A stretch of DNA of 44,054 bases, taken from Spirochaetia bacterium (GTDB lineage Bacteria; Spirochaetota; Spirochaetia; CADAEX01). How positions within the stretch are numbered: position 1 is the first letter of the stretch; the number at the start of each line of letters is the position of its first letter. The translations under genes and the position numbers were made by a program. The DNA lies in the NCBI GenBank assembly GCA_031548835.1, contig JAVBQS010000001.1, positions 1 through 44,054 of the forward strand, written 5' to 3'. This document shows, one piece after another, positions 38,267 through 44,054 of this stretch. The notes beneath the pieces are model-generated. The model was given only the letters and a program-made list of their open reading frames with translations. It was not told the origin of the DNA and did no database searches.

Positions 38267-40003
38267 ATGAATAAAAAAAACATTATTTTTATTATTATAT
38301 TTTGCATTATATCACCCTCGCTCTTTGCCGGCGATTATGATCTATATATGGCATGCCTGAATGGAGATATAGAAACTGTAAAAACAATTATATCAAAAGG
38401 CGCTGATGTTAATAAAAACCTTTCAAAACAGGAGTATTTAAAATTTGCAGAAGAATATATAACAAAAACAAAAACTCAGTTTGAGAGCGAAGAAGAAAAA
38501 GCAGATTTTATAAAACAATTCAGCAGATTTCCTTTACAAATTGCTGCAAAAACAGGAAATGCAGAAATTGCCATGCTTTTAATAAAAGCAGGAGCAGATA
38601 TTGATGCAAAAGATATAACAGGATTGACAGCGCTAATGTCATCTTCTTATAACGGAAATATAGAAGTTACAAATTTATTGCTGGAATCAGGAGCAGATGT
38701 CAATGCAGTAGATAATAACGGCGGATCATCATTAATGGGAGTTGCAGAAAGCGGATATTTGGAAATTGCAAATTTACTGCTGCAGTCCGGAGCAGATGCA
38801 AATGCAAAAGACAATGAAGGCTGGACTCCTTTGATGATAGCAGCATATAACGGACATCTGGAGATTGTTAAAGCATTATTACAGTATAAAGCTGATCTAA
38901 ATGTAAAAAACAATTTTGGAGGCACTCCTTTCATGGCAGCTTCTGCAGGGGGAAATATAGATGTTGTAAGCCTTTTTCTCCAGGCTGGCGCAGATATAAG
39001 CTTAAAAGATGACAACGGCGAAACTGTGTTAATGACAGCTATAAACAGCGGAAATAACGAAGTTATAAAACTGCTGCTTAAATCAGGAGCAGATGTTAAT
39101 GCAAAAAATAATATTGGAGGAACAGCATTATTAAAAGCATCAGCAATGGGATACCTTGATATTGTAAAACAATTAATAGAGGCAAAAGCTGATATCAATA
39201 CAAAAGCTGATGACGGTACTACAGCTCTTATGCTTGCTTCATTTTATGGTTTTCCTGAAATTGTAAGATTATTAATTGAAACTGGAATTAATATCAATGC
39301 AAAAGATAATAATGGATGGACATCTTTGATGATTGTTTCAGAAAAGGGAGATACAGAAATTGTAAAATTTTTACTAAAAGCTAACGCTGATGTTAATGCC
39401 AGAAAAAATGATGAAGGAACAGCATTAATGTTTGCTTCTGGAAATGGCCACACAGAAATTATACAACTGCTATTAATAGAAAAAGCAGATATCAACGCAA
39501 AAGACAATAAATATGGAACAACCTCATTAATGTATGCAGTATCCAGAGGATATATAGATGCTGCAAAAATATTGCTTACAGCTAAAGCTGAAATTAATGC
39601 AAAAGATAACTCAGAATGGACAGCATTAATGATTGCTGCAGAAATCGGCAACAGGGAAATTATAAAACTGCTGCTTGATGCAAATGCAGATGTAAATATA
39701 AAAAATAACGGCGGCGCTACTGCATTGCTTATATCTGCCAGAAATAACCATGCAGAAGTCACACAACAGCTGATAAAAGCCAAGGCAGATGTTAATGCTA
39801 CAGATGATATAGGCTGGTCTGCCTTAATGATTGCCTCTGCAAACGGCAATATAGAAATTGTAAAAATTTTATTGCAGGCGAAAGCAGATGTAACTTTAAA
39901 AGAAAATCAGCAAGGAGCAACAGCAAGAATGCTTGCACAATTCAATGGCAATAGAGAAATAGAAGCTCTTTTAAAAGAAATAGAAACAAAAACTATATTT
40001 TAA
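38267..40003 (+). CDS. Signal-peptide ankyrin-repeat protein (~16 repeats)
   Basis: MNKKNIIFIIIFCIISPSLFA signal; 33-aa GxTALMxA..G..EIVKLLL..ADVNAKD repeats. Confidence 0.93.
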   Translation: MNKKNIIFIIIFCIISPSLFAGDYDLYMACLNGDIETVKTIISKGADVNKNLSKQEYLKFAEEYITKTKTQFESEEEKADFIKQFSRFPLQIAAKTGNAEIAMLLIKAGADIDAKDITGLTALMSSSYNGNIEVTNLLLESGADVNAVDNNGGSSLMGVAESGYLEIANLLLQSGADANAKDNEGWTPLMIAAYNGHLEIVKALLQYKADLNVKNNFGGTPFMAASAGGNIDVVSLFLQAGADISLKDDNGETVLMTAINSGNNEVIKLLLKSGADVNAKNNIGGTALLKASAMGYLDIVKQLIEAKADINTKADDGTTALMLASFYGFPEIVRLLIETGININAKDNNGWTSLMIVSEKGDTEIVKFLLKANADVNARKNDEGTALMFASGNGHTEIIQLLLIEKADINAKDNKYGTTSLMYAVSRGYIDAAKILLTAKAEINAKDNSEWTALMIAAEIGNREIIKLLLDANADVNIKNNGGATALLISARNNHAEVTQQLIKAKADVNATDDIGWSALMIASANGNIEIVKILLQAKADVTLKENQQGATARMLAQFNGNREIEALLKEIETKTIF

Positions 40004-40045
40004 TTTTTCAAACTGCTTAAATGCTTGTATTATTGGAGCACAATT

Positions 40046-40358
40046 ATGAAAAAAACCTGCCTTGTTTTTCTCAGCTTGTTTTTTTGTGTAACTCTTTCTG
40101 TTTTGCCGGCAATATAAATATTATAAACTTGCTACTGCAGGCAAATACAGATATCAATGCAAAAACAAACACAGGCAAAACAGCATTAATGATAAATTCT
40201 TCAGAGGAAAGACAGATATTGTAAAACTGCTGATTGAGGCAAAAGCTGATATAAATATAAAAGACAACCAGAGGCAAACAGTTTTAATGATTGTCTCAAA
40301 AAATGGAAATACAGAAATTGAAAAGCTTTTAAAGCATGCAGAAGCTGACAGAATGTAA
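40046..40358 (+). pseudogene. Signal-peptide ankyrin-repeat paralogue remnant
   Basis: GGAG RBS, ATG 40046, MKKTCLVFLSLFFCVTLSV/(F)AGNINIINLLLQANTDINAK...TALM/GKTDIVKLLIEAKADINIKD...EADRM*; two frameshifts. Confidence 0.75.
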
Positions 40359-40380
40359 TATTCATTTTATAATATAACAA

Positions 40381-41698
40381 TTATGGAGAAATCATGAAAA
40401 AGAAAATTATAGCATTTTATATTTTATTTCTGTGTATAACACTTTCACTTTTTGCAAATGATTATGATTTTTATATAGCATGTTTAAACGGAGATGCCAA
40501 TGCTGTCAAAGATCTTATATCAAAAGGCGCTGATGTTAACAAAAGCCTTTCAAAAGAGGATTCTATAAAAATTGCAGAAGAATTTATAAATATAAGAGGA
40601 TTGGAATTCAACAGCGATGAAGAAAGAGAAGAGATTATAAATAATTTAAATCTATTGCCGCTACATATTGCTTGTACAACAGAAAATACAGAAATTGCCG
40701 GCTTATTGCTACAGGCAAAAGCAGATGTAAATGCAAAGGTTGATGAAACAACACCCTTAATGATTGCATCAGCCAATGGATATCCTGATATTGTAAAACT
40801 TCTCCTTAGCTATGGCGCAAAAGTTGATGAAAAATATATCAATGGTCTAACTGCATTAATAGCAGCTTCAGCCAATGGATACATTGATATTGTAGAACTT
40901 TTAATAGATGCAAAAGCTGATGTTAACATAAATAGTGAAATGGGAACTGCCCTGATATGTGCTTTTTTATATAGCCATGATATGGATATTGTAAAAATGC
41001 TTATAAAAGCTAAAGCAGATCCCAATTCAAAAATGAATAATGGCGGAGCAACGGTATTAATGCTTACCTGCGAACTTGGCTTTGCAGATGTTGTAAAAAT
41101 GTTAATAGATGCCAAAGCAGATGTTAATGCAAAAGCAGATGATGGAACAACTGCATTAATGGTTGCTTCAAGCCGCGAAGATGCTGATGTTACCAAACTG
41201 CTTATTCAGGCAAAAGCTGATGTTAATGCAAAAGACAGCGAAGGAAAAACTCCATTAATTTTTGCATCATATTATGATATTCCAGAAAATATAAAACTAT
41301 TATTAAAAACAAAAGCAAATATCAATGAAAAAGATAATGAAGGAAAAACTGCATTAATGTGGGCTTCATATAATGGCAGCACAGATACTATAAAATTGCT
41401 GCTTGATGCAAAAGCAGATACAAAAACAAAAGATAATGATGGGCAAACAGCTTTGATGCTTGCATCAGAAAATGGAAATACAGAAGTTGAAAATCTGCTT
41501 AAGGCAGCAACTAGCAGCACAAAAAAATAAATTTTATAATAGTTATGGAGAAATCATGAAAAAGAAAATTATAGCATTTTATATTTTATTTCTGTGTATA
41601 ACACTTTCACTTTTTGCAAATGATTATGATTTTTATATAGCATGTTTAAATGGAGATGCCAATGCTGTCAAAGATCTTATATCAAAAGGCGCTGATGT
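40381..41698 (+). repeat. 156-bp direct repeat (40381-40536 and 41543-41698), one mismatch
   Basis: RBS, signal peptide and first ankyrin repeat are identical except C40489/T41651. Confidence 0.9.
40394..41530 (+). CDS. Signal-peptide ankyrin-repeat protein (~10 repeats)
   Basis: MKKKIIAFYILFLCITLSLFA signal, ankyrin repeats. Confidence 0.93.
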   Translation: MKKKIIAFYILFLCITLSLFANDYDFYIACLNGDANAVKDLISKGADVNKSLSKEDSIKIAEEFINIRGLEFNSDEEREEIINNLNLLPLHIACTTENTEIAGLLLQAKADVNAKVDETTPLMIASANGYPDIVKLLLSYGAKVDEKYINGLTALIAASANGYIDIVELLIDAKADVNINSEMGTALICAFLYSHDMDIVKMLIKAKADPNSKMNNGGATVLMLTCELGFADVVKMLIDAKADVNAKADDGTTALMVASSREDADVTKLLIQAKADVNAKDSEGKTPLIFASYYDIPENIKLLLKTKANINEKDNEGKTALMWASYNGSTDTIKLLLDAKADTKTKDNDGQTALMLASENGNTEVENLLKAATSSTKK

Positions 41699-43199
41699 AA
41701 ATAAAAGTTTATCTAAACAGGAATATGCAAAATTTGCAGAAGAATATATAAATAAAACAAATGCAAAATTTGAAAGCGAAAAAGAAAAATCAGATTTTAT
41801 TAATAACTTTAATAGAAAACCTCTACATATTGTCTGCAAAACAGGCAACACAGAAATTGTGAAATTATTAATAAAGGCTGGAGCAAATATTAATGTAAAA
41901 GATAATATTGGATTTAACCCATTGATGATAGCTACAGCTGGCAGAAACATAGAAATTTTAAAAATATTAATAGAAGCAAAAGCAGATATCAATGCAGAAT
42001 CACCTGAGGGAGAAACAATATTAATGGCAGCTGCATACCATGGATATACAGATATTGCAAAACTTTTAATAGATGCCAAAGCAGACATAAATATAAACAG
42101 CAAAGATACTATGGGAACAGCATTGACAGCTGCTTCTGCAATGGGACATGCAGATATTGTAAAATTGCTAATAGAGTCCAAAGCAGATGTTAATATAGAG
42201 AACAGCGGGGGCGGAACAGCTCTAATAGCAGCTTCATATAATGGCAAGACAGATATTGTAAAACTGCTATTACAGGCAAAAGCAGATGTTAATGTAAACA
42301 AAGAAGCAGGAACAGCATTGATGCTGGCTTCATATAACGGCTATACAGATATTATAAAACTGCTATTACAGGCAAAAGCAGATGTTAATGCAAAAATGAA
42401 TAATATTGGGCCGACAGCTTTAATTTTTGCAGCAACTGCCAGCCATGCAGATATTGTAAAACTATTAATAGATGCAAAAGCAAATGTCAATACAAAAGAT
42501 GATGAAAAAGGGTATACCCCATTAATGGCAGCTGCCGGCAGCAAAAACAGCGCTATTACAAAAATGCTTATTCAGGCAAAAGCTGATGTTAATGCAAAAG
42601 ATGCCAATAACGGGACACCCATAACATGGGCTGCATATTATGGAAATCCTGAAAATGTAAAATTATTAATAGCTGCAAAAGCTGATATAAATGTAAAAGA
42701 TAATTATGGCAGAACAGCATTGATATGGGCGACATATAATGGTAATGCCGAAATCGTAAAACTATTGATCCAGGCAAAGGCAGATATCAACATAAAAGAT
42801 AACGAAAGCTATACAGCATTAAACTGGGCGTGGCAGAACGAATTTACAGATATTGCAGAAATATTATGGCAGGCACGGCTGGATAGCGCATATAAATCTC
42901 TTGATTACAGAAAAGCAAAAATGGGTAGTTACGAAAAAGACTCTCTCTTTAAAATATTTTTTATGGCAGAAACAATAAGAAAAGAGGATGATCAATATAA
43001 TATTACATGCTATTTAAAGGAAAATGAAAAAGCTGAATATAATAAAAAATATGTTTTCAAATTAATATCTTATGACAGGCCTGGATTTCTTGAAGGAGAC
43101 AATATCTATGCAACAATAATGCTTAATGGAATTGAGACAACTTCAACCGGTGAAGAAGTTCTTGTTTTCGACATTATAGAAGTGCATAAAACATATTAA
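41556..43199 (+). CDS. Signal-peptide ankyrin-repeat protein (~12 repeats) with a ~105-aa unknown C-terminal domain
   Basis: True start ATG 41556 after GGAG (same leader as 40394); non-ankyrin tail from about LDSAYKSLDYRK. Confidence 0.92.
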   Translation: MKKKIIAFYILFLCITLSLFANDYDFYIACLNGDANAVKDLISKGADVNKSLSKQEYAKFAEEYINKTNAKFESEKEKSDFINNFNRKPLHIVCKTGNTEIVKLLIKAGANINVKDNIGFNPLMIATAGRNIEILKILIEAKADINAESPEGETILMAAAYHGYTDIAKLLIDAKADININSKDTMGTALTAASAMGHADIVKLLIESKADVNIENSGGGTALIAASYNGKTDIVKLLLQAKADVNVNKEAGTALMLASYNGYTDIIKLLLQAKADVNAKMNNIGPTALIFAATASHADIVKLLIDAKANVNTKDDEKGYTPLMAAAGSKNSAITKMLIQAKADVNAKDANNGTPITWAAYYGNPENVKLLIAAKADINVKDNYGRTALIWATYNGNAEIVKLLIQAKADINIKDNESYTALNWAWQNEFTDIAEILWQARLDSAYKSLDYRKAKMGSYEKDSLFKIFFMAETIRKEDDQYNITCYLKENEKAEYNKKYVFKLISYDRPGFLEGDNIYATIMLNGIETTSTGEEVLVFDIIEVHKTY

Positions 43200-43224
43200 A
43201 ACTGATAGCTAAAGTTTATATAAT

Positions 43225-43599
43225 ATGAATTTATTATTTATTGCCATAGGCGGAGGAATAGGCGCTCTGTTGCGTTATATATCTGTACAATTAATTCATA
43301 ACAGTTTTAAAATAGCATTTCCTGTTGGAACAATATTTGTAAACTGCATTGGATCATTTTTAATAGGGTTGCTATTTAATATATTTGAAAAATATGCAAT
43401 TGCAGGAGGGCTAAGATTATTTATTATAACAGGGTTTCTCGGCGGTTATACAACTTTTTCAGCATATTCACTGGAAACAGCAGGATATATAGTAAATGGG
43501 AAAATAAAAGAAGCGCTATTAAATATAATAATAAGCAATATAATGTGTTTAATATTTGTACTATCAGGAATGTATGTTGGTAAACTATTTATAAAATAG
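43225..43599 (+). CDS. crcB: Fluoride efflux channel FluC/CrcB
   Basis: GGGIGALLRY, FPVGTIFVN.IGSF, TGFLGGYTTFS. Confidence 0.95.
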   Translation: MNLLFIAIGGGIGALLRYISVQLIHNSFKIAFPVGTIFVNCIGSFLIGLLFNIFEKYAIAGGLRLFIITGFLGGYTTFSAYSLETAGYIVNGKIKEALLNIIISNIMCLIFVLSGMYVGKLFIK

Positions 43600-43645
43600 C
43601 AATTTATTATTAAACATTGTCATAAATATAATTACAGCAAACATA

Positions 43646-43702
43646 AATAAAAAAGCCGGTTTCACAGCCCATTCCTTATTAGGATTATATAAACCGGCTT
43701 TT
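43646..43702. terminator. Bidirectional intrinsic terminator
   Basis: AAAAGCCGGTTT (43651-43662) / AAACCGGCTTTT (43691-43702); U-tracts on both strands. Confidence 0.7.
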
Positions 43703-43755
43703 AAAACTGGCAGGAACTTTTATCCTTACCAAGTTCTACTAAAATATTATAAAAT

Positions 43756-43815
43756 TTATATTGTCAGTTTTATTGCCGGCCCTTCTCTCCGGCATATTAC
43801 ATTTGGCGGTATCAT
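43756..43815 (-). CDS. Candidate 19-aa small ORF MIPPNVICRREGPAIKLTI
   Basis: AGGGAGGT Shine-Dalgarno just upstream of ATG 43815; TAA at 43758-43756. Confidence 0.35.
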   Translation of the reverse strand: MIPPNVICRREGPAIKLTI

Positions 43816-43899
43816 TTTAACCTCCCTCTCTCTTATTCAAACTACTAGAAGAAGAAGTAAAAAAAATTATTTATAATAAAATTAATGCCCTCCACTATT

Positions 43900-43928
43900 A
43901 TTTTAAAACGACAAATTAAATTTGTCAA
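43900..43928 (-). promoter_or_regulatory. Near-consensus sigma70 promoter
   Basis: TTGACA (43928-43923)-17 nt-TAAAAT (43905-43900). Confidence 0.6.
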
Positions 43929-44042
43929 ATTTTATTGTAATTCTATTATCTTTCTGCATAAATAAAGTTATTATATAGATATAAAAGATGTTTGCTTGCA
44001 CAGCTATAACTTTATGTTAAACACCTAAAAAAGAGGATAAAA

Positions 44043-44054
44043 ATGAGAAATATT
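44043..44054 (+). CDS. Start of a gene running off the window (MRNI...)
   Basis: AAGAGGA RBS followed by ATG 44043. Confidence 0.4.

Noticed and set aside
38267-43199. Periodic ~99-nt repeats as a CRISPR array, and long antisense ORFs as genes
   Set aside because: The periodicity is coding ankyrin repeats with degenerate third positions; the antisense ORFs are shadows of biased codon usage; no cas genes.
43200-43224. Fluoride riboswitch upstream of crcB
   Set aside because: Only 25 nt of intergenic space and no recognisable GATGG...TGATG riboswitch core.
43640-43900. T-box, SRP or 6S RNA identity for the minus-strand unit
   Set aside because: No T-box UGGNACC antiterminator with a downstream gene, no SRP GGAAG/AGCAG helix, and no long closing stem typical of 6S recognised.
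1-44054. DGR template repeat, reverse transcriptase or avd within the window
   Set aside because: No AAC-rich copy of the VR was found by eye and no ORF has RT motifs; a computational search is still needed to be certain.

Overview
AT-rich (~30% GC by eye) bacterial chromosome segment, probably from a spirochaete (class I lysyl-tRNA synthetase, spirochaete-like lipoproteins, TvpA-like FGE/C-type-lectin lipoprotein; taxonomy is inference). It begins inside a defective IS5-family element. It then carries a c-di-GMP phosphorelay cluster (two hybrid kinases, a stand-alone Hpt, a REC-HD-GYP protein), FetAB, CopB, phasin-like/UbiB, a propeller-GGDEF cyclase, rlpA, lysS, era, a heterodimeric ABC exporter, five ankyrin-repeat paralogues (four with a signal peptide) and fluC. 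Several eroded pseudogenes are present. The strongest signal is the FN3x3-FGE lipoprotein gene (31026-32786). Its 3' end reads as a diversity-generating retroelement (DGR) variable repeat and is followed by an 8-bp stem/4-nt loop hairpin, but no template repeat or reverse transcriptase was found in the window, so it is a candidate remote DGR target. Also notable: an unannotated ~250-nt minus-strand transcription unit with a 19-codon ORF (about 43646-43928) and a 181-bp MITE-like element (23954-24134). No rRNA, tRNA or CRISPR array was recognised.
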